Shown here: positions 1 to 8,961 of the stretch, in pieces
How positions within the stretch are numbered: the first letter of the stretch is position 1
How the letters are laid out: every line of letters begins with the position of its first letter
From: Fimbriimonadaceae bacterium
GTDB lineage: Bacteria > Armatimonadota > Fimbriimonadia > Fimbriimonadales > Fimbriimonadaceae
Assembly: GCA_049276675.1 (NCBI GenBank)
Contig: JBASWW010000071.1
Coordinates: 28,819-92,818 of the forward strand
Length of the DNA: 64,000 nt
Reading direction: 5' to 3'
The notes under the pieces: generated by a model
What the model was told of the DNA's origin: nothing
Seen by the model: only the letters and a program-made list of their open reading frames with translations
Database searches by the model: none
Translations under genes and position numbers: made by a program

Positions 1-2
1 GC

Positions 3-1082
3 GAGCCATGGGCCGCTGACGAGCAGGTCGAGGACGAGGACATGTCGGTCTATGTCGGCGATCTGGATGGCCGGATCGTGGCGGCCTGGGTGGTGCGGCA
101 CATGGGTGCGACGCTCGCGGCCGAAAGCTCGGTGCGGTGTGGCGGAGTAGCCGGAGTTGCGGTGCGTCCCGATGTGCGGAGCTCGGGAGTCGGCACGTCC
201 CTTATGCGATGGGCGATCCAGCGGATGCGGGATGACGGCTATGCACTCTCCCACCTCTATGCCTTCCGGGAAAGCTGGTACCGGCGGCTCGGTTGGGAAG
301 TGTGCGGGGCGCGGATGAAAATCCAGTGTCCGCAGCACCGGCTTCCCGAGATTAGGTCCAATCTGCAGGCGCGCGAGGTCCTGGGCGAGGGTGCATGGAA
401 GGTGATCGAGCCGGTTTATCAGAGCTTTGCCAGCAATTACTCCGGAATGAACGTGCGGACGGCTAGCCAGTGGGTTACCGTGACGCGCGGCACGAAAAGT
501 CTCGCAAGGGTTTTTGCGATCGGCGACCCTGCCGAGGCGTATTGCGTTTCCCATGTCCAGACCGCCTTCTGGGAGGAGCAGCATGTCTCTGAGGTGGCTT
601 GGTCGAGCCGGGAGGGCTACGATGCTCTGCTCGCCTTCTTGCGGAGCGTTGCCTCCAACAAAACTGCGCTCACTTGGTACGAGCCTCCGGACAGCCCATT
701 TCTTGCCCAGCACACCGAGCAGGGGGTAAAGGTTTCGCTGGATCGGCCCATCATGTACCGCGTCCTCGATCTGGAGGTCTCGCTCTCCGCTCTACGGCCA
801 GATGGCGCCGGCGAATTCACGATGGCCGTTCTCGACGAAGACGTGCCTGAGAATCGCGGCCCTTGGCGTATTGCCTTTGGAGCGCACGGGATCGAAATCG
901 CCAAAGCCGTCGACGCCGACATCGAGATCGACATCCGCCGTCTCTCGCAGGCTGTTTTAGGCGAGCCCTCCTTCGCAACCTTGCTGAGGCATGGTTTGAT
1001 CAGATGCGGATCGGAGGGGGCTGCTGCGGCCGCAGCCAAGCTGTTCAGCCCGAGGCCGGTTTATTGCATGGACTTCTTTTAG
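3..1082 (+). CDS. GNAT family N-acetyltransferase, Eis-like with SCP2-type C-terminal domain (5' partial)
   Basis: ORF 42..1082 stays open upstream to base 3, so the N-terminus lies outside the window. It has an acetyl-CoA-site style segment VAVRPDVRSSGVGTSLMRWAIQ and LGWEV. Length and tail resemble three-domain Eis-type acetyltransferases. Confidence 0.6.
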   Translation, partial: EPWAADEQVEDEDMSVYVGDLDGRIVAAWVVRHMGATLAAESSVRCGGVAGVAVRPDVRSSGVGTSLMRWAIQRMRDDGYALSHLYAFRESWYRRLGWEVCGARMKIQCPQHRLPEIRSNLQAREVLGEGAWKVIEPVYQSFASNYSGMNVRTASQWVTVTRGTKSLARVFAIGDPAEAYCVSHVQTAFWEEQHVSEVAWSSREGYDALLAFLRSVASNKTALTWYEPPDSPFLAQHTEQGVKVSLDRPIMYRVLDLEVSLSALRPDGAGEFTMAVLDEDVPENRGPWRIAFGAHGIEIAKAVDADIEIDIRRLSQAVLGEPSFATLLRHGLIRCGSEGAAAAAAKLFSPRPVYCMDFF

Positions 1083-1201
1083 GCATGTCGAACCGGTTGA
1101 TGATGATTCGGGCGCGCACAAATCCTTTTTAATCCCATGTGCCTCAAGGAAATGGAGCCACAATCTGGGTAACAATCTTCTGATTCACCGAAGCTGCCGT
1201 C

Positions 1202-3238
1202 ATGCCAAAGCCTGAACCCGCGCAAGCCCTCGCCAAGCTCGAAGCCGTCCCATTCACCCAGGTGCGGATCAAGGACCGTTTCTGGGCGCCGAGGCAGGAG
1301 ACGAACCGGAAGGCGACCGTCGAGCACAGCCTGCAGATGCTCGACAAATACGGCAATCTCCTCGTCATGCAGCTTGCCGCCGCCGGTAAGCGCGAAGGAT
1401 TCAAGGGGCTGCTTTTTACCGATTCGGACCTTTACAAGACCCTGGAGGGTATCGCCTACACGCTCGCCACCCATCCCGATCCGAAGCTCGACAAGCGCAT
1501 GGACGAGATCATCGCGCTCATCTCCACAGCCCAAATGGAAGATGGCTATATCGACACTTGGTTCCAGGTCACCCGACCCGACCAGCGGTTCAAGAACCTG
1601 CGCGATTGGCACGAGATGTATTGCGCGGGGCACCTTTTCGAGGCTGCCGTCGCCCACCATCAGGCCACCGGAAAAACAAATTTCCTGGACATAGCGACGA
1701 AGCTTGCCGGGCTGCTCTACGAGAGGTATGGGCCGGATGGCGAGGTCGGCTACTGCGGCCACCCGGAGCCGGAACTTGCGCTCATCAGGCTCTGGAAAGC
1801 TACCGGGGACAAGCGATGGTTCACGCTCAGCCAGCGGATGATAGAGCACCGGGGCGACAAGATCTTCGCTGCGGAGCATAAAACGCCGGTCGAGCGCTAC
1901 GACGGCACCTACTGGCTGGACGACATGCCGATCCGGGAGCACACGGAGATCAAGGGCCATGCCGTTCGCGCGGCCTATCTGATGTCAGGCGTCGCCGATA
2001 TTGCGCGGGAAACCGGGGATGCGGGGCTCATAGAGATGCTGCAGCAGGTCTGGCGCAATACGACCCAGAAGCGCATCTACATCACCGGCGGCATCGGGCC
2101 AAGCGCCGCCAACGAGGGTTTCACCGTGGACTACGACCTCCCCAATCTCACAGCCTATCAGGAAACCTGCGCCTCCATCGCCATTTCCCTGTGGGGGCAT
2201 CGCATGACCCTGCTTCTCGGGGACGCCAAGTACATGGACGTGGTGGAGACGGCTCTCTATAATGGGCTGCTCAGCGGCATTGGGCTCGATGGCAAGAGCT
2301 TCTTTTATGTGAATCCGCTCGCGAGCGAGGGCAGCCACCACCGAAGCGAGTGGTTTGAGTGTGCCTGCTGCCCGCCGAATGTGCTCCGAACCATCGCCTC
2401 TTTAGGGGGATATGCGTATGCCAAGGGTGGCTCGGGTGCGAGAAGCCTCTACGTAAATCTTTATATCGCCGGCTCGATGGAGACCAGCCTCGACGGACAG
2501 ACGGTCGCTCTGGATGTGAAAACCGACTATCCCTGGGATGGAAAGGTCGAGATCACGATCAAGAATCCTGCCAGATTTGCGCTGCACCTACGCAACCCGG
2601 GCTGGTGCCGGAACGCCACCATTCATTTCCCTGGAGGGACCCGCTCCGTCGGGTCCAACGCCTGCGCAGATGACGCGGACCCGACGGGGTCCAACGCCTG
2701 CGCAGATGACGCGGACCCGACGGTGTCCAACGCCTTCGCTGATGACGCGGACCCGACGGGGTCCAACGCCTTCGCTGATGACGCGGACCCGACGGAGCGG
2801 GTCCCTCCCGTGGAAAAGGGATATGTGGTTATAGATAGAACGTGGGAGGCAGGGGACAAGGTGGTCTTGGGCCTGGACATGCCCATCGTTCAGATGATCG
2901 CCAACCCTGCCGTGGAGGAAAATGCCGGGCGATTGGCGATCCAGCGAGGACCGCTCGTTTACTGTGCGGAGGAGCCAGATAACGAGATAGCGGTCGGGGA
3001 GATCGTCATCCCGGCGGGGAGCCCTATGCGGAGCCGGTTCCAGGAGGATTTGCTTGGCGGCGTCGTTGTAGTCGAAGCGGACGCGCTGCGGTCTCCGGCT
3101 TTAGATTGGGATGGGACGCTGTATCAACCTATCCAAGAGTCAAGGAAGATAACGGCGAATTGCATCCCATACGGTTTTTGGGCGAACCGCCTGCCCGGAG
3201 CAATGGCCGTCTGGTTCCCTGCGCTACCGCTTTCCTGA
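1202..3238 (+). CDS. Glycoside hydrolase family 127 (beta-L-arabinofuranosidase-like, DUF1680)
   Basis: 678-aa ORF with HypBA1-type motifs YQETCAS and ECACCPPNVLR (Glu/Cys plus Cys-Cys site) and HPEPELALIRLW. It carries an in-frame repeat insertion near the C-terminus. Confidence 0.85.
   Translation: MPKPEPAQALAKLEAVPFTQVRIKDRFWAPRQETNRKATVEHSLQMLDKYGNLLVMQLAAAGKREGFKGLLFTDSDLYKTLEGIAYTLATHPDPKLDKRMDEIIALISTAQMEDGYIDTWFQVTRPDQRFKNLRDWHEMYCAGHLFEAAVAHHQATGKTNFLDIATKLAGLLYERYGPDGEVGYCGHPEPELALIRLWKATGDKRWFTLSQRMIEHRGDKIFAAEHKTPVERYDGTYWLDDMPIREHTEIKGHAVRAAYLMSGVADIARETGDAGLIEMLQQVWRNTTQKRIYITGGIGPSAANEGFTVDYDLPNLTAYQETCASIAISLWGHRMTLLLGDAKYMDVVETALYNGLLSGIGLDGKSFFYVNPLASEGSHHRSEWFECACCPPNVLRTIASLGGYAYAKGGSGARSLYVNLYIAGSMETSLDGQTVALDVKTDYPWDGKVEITIKNPARFALHLRNPGWCRNATIHFPGGTRSVGSNACADDADPTGSNACADDADPTVSNAFADDADPTGSNAFADDADPTERVPPVEKGYVVIDRTWEAGDKVVLGLDMPIVQMIANPAVEENAGRLAIQRGPLVYCAEEPDNEIAVGEIVIPAGSPMRSRFQEDLLGGVVVVEADALRSPALDWDGTLYQPIQESRKITANCIPYGFWANRLPGAMAVWFPALPLS
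2633..2808. repeat. Composite palindromic/tandem repeat element: 23-nt perfect inverted arms flanking four 36-bp tandem units
   Basis: Arm ggagggacccgctccgtcgggtc (2633-2655) is the exact reverse complement of gacccgacggagcgggtccctcc (2786-2808). Units lie at 2651-2686, 2687-2722, 2723-2758 and 2759-2794. Units 1 and 2 are identical; units 3 and 4 differ from them at a few positions. The element translates as (G/V)SNA(C/F)ADDADPT x4. Confidence 0.95.
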
Positions 3239-5464
3239 GGGGCTTGGCCGCCTTTCTGCGATCTGCACGATCCCTGCGTCTATATATTGTCCTCCGGAGT
3301 TCTGGTGGCATTGGATTGCGAGGACGTGCCGGCCCTTGGACAGGTTGGGTATCGGGACATTGCGGTAACTGGTGGTCCAGCCGGGCGCCTTGTAGATCTG
3401 CTTCCCGTCTAGCCAGACCGTGACGTCGTCGTCGTGGTGGATCCGGAGAAACATTGGCGACTTTCGATTGGCGATTTGCGGTGATACTGTGAAAGTTCGG
3501 CGAAGCCAGATGTCCTCCGTGTTCCACTTCGTGCGCACGATCGCACCGGGCGTTTCGGGCGTGCCGAATCCGCCAGGCCCGGCAGACCATGTGATCGCTT
3601 CAAAGGACGGCAAAAGCCAGCCCTCGGGGGGTGGCGTAGTGGTGAATCTCCAATCTTGACCGGTAGCTTCGGATGTTGGCAGGATCGGGATGAACCTCGG
3701 CGGCGGCAGAAAGAGCGATTGAACTGCCTCGCGAACCCTCGTCTCGTCCATCTTCAGCAGTGCGCGATCGTAGGTCATAAGCCCATTGACCTCTGCCTCG
3801 ACATCCGTGGTTTGCGTATAGACAGCGCCGGAGAGCCCCGGCTTGTCAATGAGATAGCGTAATTCTTCGAGGAGCATCACGAATCGGTCGGTCAGCTCTT
3901 TTTTGGTTTTGAAGGATTGATAGCCCCAGCCGGTTTCATGCCACATGTGCCCCGGCATCGGCAGGCCAAGCCCGCCGAATTCGCCTAGAAAGAGGGCCCG
4001 CTTGGGATCACGTGGTGGCGAGCTTGGCCCGGGGTACACGTGCCAGTCGAAAAAGTCCCCCACCCCCCTATCCGTCCATCCAGAAGCGCTGTTCACGAGC
4101 CTCGTAGGGTCGTACTCCTTGACCCACTTCGCGACCTTGGCCGTTTCCCATTGGCCCCAGCCTTCGTTAAAGGGCACCCAGCTAACGATCGAAGGATGAT
4201 TTTTAAGCGAGTCGATCATCGCTTTCAATTCGGCCCGGTAGATCGCGGCCGATTCAGGCGTGCGCGTGATGTCCGGGTCGTCGCCGCCGATGTATTTGTC
4301 CCCGCTCGGCATGTCCTGCATGACCAGAAGGCCCATCTTGTCCGTCCAGTAATACCAGCGCGCGGACTCGACCTTCACGTGTTTGCGTACCATATTGAAG
4401 CCGAGACGCTTCGTGACGTCGAGGTCGTATTTCATCGCCGCATCGCTAGGCGGCGTATAGAGCCCGTCTGGCCAGAAACCCTGGTCGAGAGGCCCGATCA
4501 GGAAGATGGGCTTCCCATTAAGATGCACTCTCGGCTGTCCGCTCTCGTCCTTTTTGAGCGAGACCTCACGGAACGCAAAGTAGCTCGTGACCTCGTCATG
4601 AAGCCATGAAACTTTGAACGAATACAGCGTGGGGCTGTCCGGCGACCAAAGCTTGGGCTTGGGAACCTTCAAAACCGCCGTCGTGCCATATACCGCCTTC
4701 TTGCGGATCTTCTTCGACCCATCCGAAATCTCGACCGTGAAAGTGGTCCTCACCGTCGGGCCGCCGAATGACGTCCGCGGGCGGAGGGATACTCGCACCG
4801 TGCCGTCGTTGCTCGTCTTCACGTCCAGCCCGTCGATCGAATGCGCCGGCACCCCTTCCAGCCAAACCGTCTGCCAGATGCCGCTCGTCGGCACGTACCA
4901 GATACCCTCCGGCTTCAAGACCTGCTTTCCGCGAGGCTGGGTCCCCGCATCCGACGGATCGCGGACCGAAACGAACAGCTCCTGCTCCCCCGAAGGCTTC
5001 AACGCATCCGTGATGTCGAACGTGAACGGATCATAGCCGCCCCGATGCGTGCCGACCAACTGGCCATTGACCCACACCGCCGTCTCCCAATCGACAGCGC
5101 CGAAGTGCAGCAGCACGCGGTCGCCTTTCGGGCGGGAAAAGGTCGTCCGGTACCACATCGTGTCCTCCGGCCCCACTCGCCGCGCAATACCGGAAAGCTG
5201 CGATTCCACCGGGAACGGGACGAGGATCTTATCGGACAGAGCCTCCACACGAGGACGTGTGGAGGAATTTCCGGGGAAAAGTGCGAATTGCCACAGCCCG
5301 TTCAGGTTCACCCAATTCTTGCGCACCATCTGCGGGCGCGGGTATTCGCGGTGCGCATTGCCCGCCGTCACCTTGTCGGTCCATCGAGTCTTGAGCGTCT
5401 GCCCGCCCGCCGGAATGACGAAAAGAGCCAACACCAGGCACAGGAGAACCGCTCCGCTGTTCAT
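3224..5464 (-). CDS. Glycoside hydrolase family 2 protein (beta-galactosidase/mannosidase-like), secreted
   Basis: Domain order is sugar-binding, Ig-like, then TIM barrel, with NMVRKHVKVE and WVPFNEGWG (NE acid/base style). The signal-peptide-like MNSGAVLLCLVLALFVIPAGG favours ATG 5464 over the ORF-track start at 5509. Confidence 0.8.
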   Translation of the reverse strand: MNSGAVLLCLVLALFVIPAGGQTLKTRWTDKVTAGNAHREYPRPQMVRKNWVNLNGLWQFALFPGNSSTRPRVEALSDKILVPFPVESQLSGIARRVGPEDTMWYRTTFSRPKGDRVLLHFGAVDWETAVWVNGQLVGTHRGGYDPFTFDITDALKPSGEQELFVSVRDPSDAGTQPRGKQVLKPEGIWYVPTSGIWQTVWLEGVPAHSIDGLDVKTSNDGTVRVSLRPRTSFGGPTVRTTFTVEISDGSKKIRKKAVYGTTAVLKVPKPKLWSPDSPTLYSFKVSWLHDEVTSYFAFREVSLKKDESGQPRVHLNGKPIFLIGPLDQGFWPDGLYTPPSDAAMKYDLDVTKRLGFNMVRKHVKVESARWYYWTDKMGLLVMQDMPSGDKYIGGDDPDITRTPESAAIYRAELKAMIDSLKNHPSIVSWVPFNEGWGQWETAKVAKWVKEYDPTRLVNSASGWTDRGVGDFFDWHVYPGPSSPPRDPKRALFLGEFGGLGLPMPGHMWHETGWGYQSFKTKKELTDRFVMLLEELRYLIDKPGLSGAVYTQTTDVEAEVNGLMTYDRALLKMDETRVREAVQSLFLPPPRFIPILPTSEATGQDWRFTTTPPPEGWLLPSFEAITWSAGPGGFGTPETPGAIVRTKWNTEDIWLRRTFTVSPQIANRKSPMFLRIHHDDDVTVWLDGKQIYKAPGWTTSYRNVPIPNLSKGRHVLAIQCHQNSGGQYIDAGIVQIAERRPSPSGKR

Positions 5465-5613
5465 AGCCAAGAGAATACGACATCGGGATGCCTCAGGATG
5501 CGGGGGCACGATTCATCCCCGAGCCCACAGGATTCATCCCCGGCCCACAGGGCTCATCACCGGCCCAGCCCGCACGATTGATCCCCGCCGTTGGAGATTT
5601 GAGAGGCGCAAGG

Positions 5614-7464
5614 ATGAACAGTGCCCATGCCTGCCAAAATGCGGGCATGCTCAGCGTGATCATTGCGGCTGCCGTCGGACAGTCCACCGTCGAATGGCCC
5701 GCCTACGGCAACGACCCGGGCGGAATGCGCTATTCGACCCTGGCCGCGATAGACAAGTCCCATGTCAAGAAGCTAAAAGTGGCTTGGACATATCGGCACG
5801 GCGACATCGCAGATGAGCGAGGGCAGCCCAAATCCTCCTTCGAGTCCACGCCGATCATGGTCGGCGGAACCCTCTATTTCAGCACACCCTTCAGCCGTGT
5901 GATTGCCCTCAATGCGGCGACCGGTGAGCACCAATGGTCTTTCGATCCGAAGATCAACCGCCGCCGCCCGATAGCGAGCGAGCCCCTGATCCACCGCGGC
6001 GTTGCGGCCTGGCGCGACTCCAAGACGGGCCAGAGACGCATATTCATTGGCACCTATGACGCACGGCTCTTCGCCCTCGATGCGGCATCCGGCAAGCCCC
6101 TAAAAGATTTTGGCGATGCGGGCATGATCGATCTCAAGAAGGGCCTTCGAAGAGTGATCCCCGGCGAATACCAGATCGCCCAGCCGCCCACGGTGATCGG
6201 CGATATCGTCGTCATGGGCTCGACAATCGGCGACAACAACGAGGCGGAGGCTTCCAGCGGCACTGTTCGGGCGTTCGACGCGAGGACCGGGGAGCTGGTC
6301 TGGTCCTTCGAGCCCTTTCCCGGAGGGGCGGCGAATGCGTGGGCAGTGATGTCGGCCGATCCCGCGACCGGGACCGTCTTCATCCCTACGAGCAGCCCGA
6401 GCCCGGATTACTTTGGCGGCCTCCGGCCCGGAAACAATGCGGACGCCAACAGCCTCGTCGCTCTGAATGCGAAGACCGGGCGGGTCAAGTGGCGCTACCA
6501 GGTCGTACGGCACGACGTATGGGACTACGACATCCCAGCGCAGCCAATTCTCTGCACGATCCGTCGAATCCCTGCGGTGGTGATCCTGACCAAGATGGGG
6601 TTCGTATTCGTGTTGGATCGGCGCACGGGGAAGCCGATATCGCCGGTCGCGGACAAAGTGGTGCCCGCATCCAAGGTGCCTGGGGAGAAGCTCTCGCGAA
6701 CGCAGCCGGTTCCGAAGCTGCCCGCCCCACTCGTGCCGCAGAAGCTCGCCGGACCCTTCGGCAACAATCCGCAAGAGCTCGAGGCGGCTCGCGCTCAGAT
6801 CGGGCGTCTGCCGCTTGGCAAGCTCTACGATCCGCCCAGCCTGGCCGGGACGATCCAGTATCCGGGGGCGATCGGGGGCTGCAATTGGTCGGGGGGCGCG
6901 TTCGACCCGGCCACGACGACGCTTTACGTGAACACGAACAACGTTCCGACCCTCGTGCGGCTGATCCCGCGCGATAAGGTTCCGGAGTATCTCACGGAGA
7001 ACCCCGGCGCCGCCGTCAGCAAGATGGCGGGCGCACCCTATGTCCTGGCGCGAAACACGATGCTCACGCCGGATCGCCTGCCCATCAATCCGCCGCCCTG
7101 GGGCGTGCTGACGACGGTCGATCTCACGAGCGGAAAGCTGCGATGGCAAAAGCCGCTCGGATTCGTGCCGAAGCTGGCCGCCAATCCCCTTGCCAAGAAG
7201 TGGGGCTCGCCTAATTTCGGCGGCGCAATCGTGACCAAGGGCGGCCTTGTCTTCATCGCCGCGGCGCAGGACAACATCTTTCGAGCTTTTGATGCTGCGA
7301 GTGGGAAGGTGCTGTGGGAATACGAGCTTCCCGCAGGGGGCAATGCGACGCCGATGACCTACTCGGTGGGCGGGAGACAGTACGTCGTGATCTGCGCGGG
7401 CGGGCACTCGGGGCTTGACACCAAGCGCGGGGACTACGTGATCGCGTTCGCGTTGCCACAGTAG
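5614..7464 (+). CDS. PQQ-dependent dehydrogenase (quinoprotein glucose/sorbosone dehydrogenase-like beta-propeller)
   Basis: WPAYGNDPGGMRYS...LKVAWTY start of quinoprotein propellers, repeated blade motifs, and the C-terminal GGNATPMTY..VVICAGGH. The internal ATG at 5614 gives a signal-like N-terminus. Confidence 0.8.
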   Translation: MNSAHACQNAGMLSVIIAAAVGQSTVEWPAYGNDPGGMRYSTLAAIDKSHVKKLKVAWTYRHGDIADERGQPKSSFESTPIMVGGTLYFSTPFSRVIALNAATGEHQWSFDPKINRRRPIASEPLIHRGVAAWRDSKTGQRRIFIGTYDARLFALDAASGKPLKDFGDAGMIDLKKGLRRVIPGEYQIAQPPTVIGDIVVMGSTIGDNNEAEASSGTVRAFDARTGELVWSFEPFPGGAANAWAVMSADPATGTVFIPTSSPSPDYFGGLRPGNNADANSLVALNAKTGRVKWRYQVVRHDVWDYDIPAQPILCTIRRIPAVVILTKMGFVFVLDRRTGKPISPVADKVVPASKVPGEKLSRTQPVPKLPAPLVPQKLAGPFGNNPQELEAARAQIGRLPLGKLYDPPSLAGTIQYPGAIGGCNWSGGAFDPATTTLYVNTNNVPTLVRLIPRDKVPEYLTENPGAAVSKMAGAPYVLARNTMLTPDRLPINPPPWGVLTTVDLTSGKLRWQKPLGFVPKLAANPLAKKWGSPNFGGAIVTKGGLVFIAAAQDNIFRAFDAASGKVLWEYELPAGGNATPMTYSVGGRQYVVICAGGHSGLDTKRGDYVIAFALPQ

Positions 7465-7597
7465 ACTACAGCGTGCTCCATCGCTGAGTAGGACATGTAA
7501 AGCAGTGGGAACTACCGACCTCAGCGGCAGGCAGTCGTCTTACGGATACAAATTAGGTTCGGTATGCGGAAATCCTGTCCCTGGGATTGAGGATGGT

Positions 7598-7783
7598 ATG
7601 AGTGCAAGCAAGTGGTTATCGCTCCTGGCGGGTCTATTCCTTGGTTTTGGGGTAGTCGGAATGATCCTATTCGACGAGGAGAACGAAGCGGGTGGACGCC
7701 TCCCTGCCTATGTCGGGCTCGCAATTGGCGTCCCACTGCTGGTCGCGGCGATCATCGTTAAGGGGCCAAAGAAGGGTGGATGA
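7598..7783 (+). CDS. Small hypothetical membrane protein (2 predicted TM helices)
   Basis: ATG 7598 is preceded by GAGGA. Two hydrophobic stretches are present: WLSLLAGLFLGFGVVGMILF and AYVGLAIGVPLLVAAIIV. No family recognised. Confidence 0.35.
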   Translation: MSASKWLSLLAGLFLGFGVVGMILFDEENEAGGRLPAYVGLAIGVPLLVAAIIVKGPKKGG

Positions 7784-7833
7784 CGGGTTTTGATGCCTTA
7801 TCCCGACCTTGAAGATGGCCTTGTGAGCGGGTG

Positions 7834-8067
7834 ATGGCGCGGAAGCTGTTCTCCGCCGGGCTGATTCTGCTTGTGTCGGGCCTATTTATCGTCAATGGGA
7901 TTCGGGGGCTCATAACCAAATCCGTCGAGGTTCGATACGGCCGCTTTAGCCGGGAAACGCACTTTCTGACCGACGACAGCGCAATGCAGTATTCGTGGGC
8001 AAGACTCATTTTTGGATGCGTGATCCTGACGGTCTCTGGATACAAACTCCTCAGGAACCGCTTCTAG
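7834..8067 (+). CDS. Small hypothetical membrane protein (2 predicted TM helices)
   Basis: 77-aa ORF with LFSAGLILLVSGLFIVNGI and LIFGCVILTVSGY. No family recognised. Confidence 0.35.
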   Translation: MARKLFSAGLILLVSGLFIVNGIRGLITKSVEVRYGRFSRETHFLTDDSAMQYSWARLIFGCVILTVSGYKLLRNRF

Positions 8068-8106
8068 GGAAATGGCTTAGAGACGTGATGGGCATGCCGC
8101 CAGGGC

Positions 8107-8577
8107 CTAGACTGACTCAGCCAGGAGTGCGTCCACATCCAATGGGTCGAGGGTCATCGCGAGGTTGCCACCCTTGCGCGGCCATTCCGGCTCCGGGCGA
8201 TCGCGATACAGCTCGATCCCATTGCCATCCGGATCATTGAGATAGAGGGATTCGCTCACGCCGTGGTCGGAGGCGCCGGACAGCGGCACTCCATGCTCCA
8301 GCAGGCGCTTGAGAGCGGTCGCCAGGGCCTTCCTCGATGGATAGAGGATCGCGAAATGGTAGAGCCCAGGCGCGGTCCTCGGAGCGGGCGCGCCGCCTCG
8401 GCTCTCCCACACATTGAGCCCGAGGTGGTGGTGGTAGCCGCCATAGGAGAGGAACGCCGCGCTGTCGCCGAACATCTGCTGCAGCTCCATCCCCAGCACA
8501 TCGCGGTAAAAGGCGACCGACCGCTCGAGGTTGGAGACCTTGAGATGGACATGGCCGATAACCGGGTGCTCGTTCAT
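8107..8577 (-). CDS. VOC family protein (glyoxalase/bleomycin resistance/extradiol dioxygenase fold)
   Basis: IGHVHLKVSNLERSVAFYRDVLGMEL and HHHLGLN..., then a second beta-alpha-beta-beta-beta module with HGVSESLYLNDPDGNGIEL. ATG 8577 is preferred over GTG 8592. Confidence 0.8.
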   Translation of the reverse strand: MNEHPVIGHVHLKVSNLERSVAFYRDVLGMELQQMFGDSAAFLSYGGYHHHLGLNVWESRGGAPAPRTAPGLYHFAILYPSRKALATALKRLLEHGVPLSGASDHGVSESLYLNDPDGNGIELYRDRPEPEWPRKGGNLAMTLDPLDVDALLAESV

Positions 8578-8655
8578 GGTTGGCACGGGCACATTGCATC
8601 CCCTAACATTTTCTCCAAGTTACTGTGGAGCCGGGGATGGATTGTGCCGCGGCGG

Positions 8656-8790
8656 CTACTTTTTCTTGCCCTTGCCCTTATCGTCGCCGCGCGGGGCGGA
8701 TGGCGGGCGCTCGGCTTGCTGCTTTGTCTGCTTGGCCTTGTGCGCGTCGCTGTTGCCAGATGAATTCTTCTTTGGTTTCTTGTCTCCCAT
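8656..8790 (-). CDS. Unannotated micro-ORF, 44 aa, Lys-rich (MGDKKPKKNSSGNSDAHKAKQTKQQAERPPSAPRGDDKGKGKKK)
   Basis: Found by hand translation; it is below the ORF-track length cutoff. ATG 8790 follows GGGAG by 8 nt, third-position G/C bias is high, and it lies co-directionally between the YdeP-like and VOC genes. Confidence 0.4.
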   Translation of the reverse strand: MGDKKPKKNSSGNSDAHKAKQTKQQAERPPSAPRGDDKGKGKKK

Positions 8791-8795
8791 TGCGA

Positions 8796-8942
8796 TTACA
8801 CTCCCTTCTTGCGGATGCGCTGGCTGGACTTCTTTTCGCTCAGCTTGTTGACCGGTGTGGACTCGAAGCCAGCCGAGCCCGAAGGCTTATCCTTGAGCTT
8901 GTCGACGGCGACTTTGATCTCTTTCTTCGTCGGGCGCTTCAT
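8796..8942 (-). CDS. Unannotated micro-ORF, 48 aa, Lys-rich (MKRPTKKEIKVAVDKLKDKPSGSAGFESTPVNKLSEKKSSQRIRKKGV)
   Basis: Found by hand translation. The ATG at 8942 lies 20 nt downstream of the YdeP-like stop. Codon third positions are G/C-rich, as in neighbouring genes. Confidence 0.4.
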   Translation of the reverse strand: MKRPTKKEIKVAVDKLKDKPSGSAGFESTPVNKLSEKKSSQRIRKKGV

Positions 8943-8961
8943 GGCTCAGGGTACCCGGCGG

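Noticed and set aside
2651-2794. Four 36-bp direct repeats that could at first glance suggest a CRISPR array.
   Set aside because: The units are directly adjacent with no spacers, lie in frame inside a conserved GH127 gene, and no cas genes are present.
6100-7407. Long antisense ORF (435 aa) opposite the PQQ dehydrogenase. Similar shadow ORFs occur at 15687-16919, 34883-36097, 56113-57450, 9568-10359, 45700-46422, 48709-49533, 55015-55836 and 59767-60318.
   Set aside because: These are typical high-GC shadow frames opposite genes with clear family motifs. Their translations are Arg/Pro/Gly-rich with no recognisable domains.
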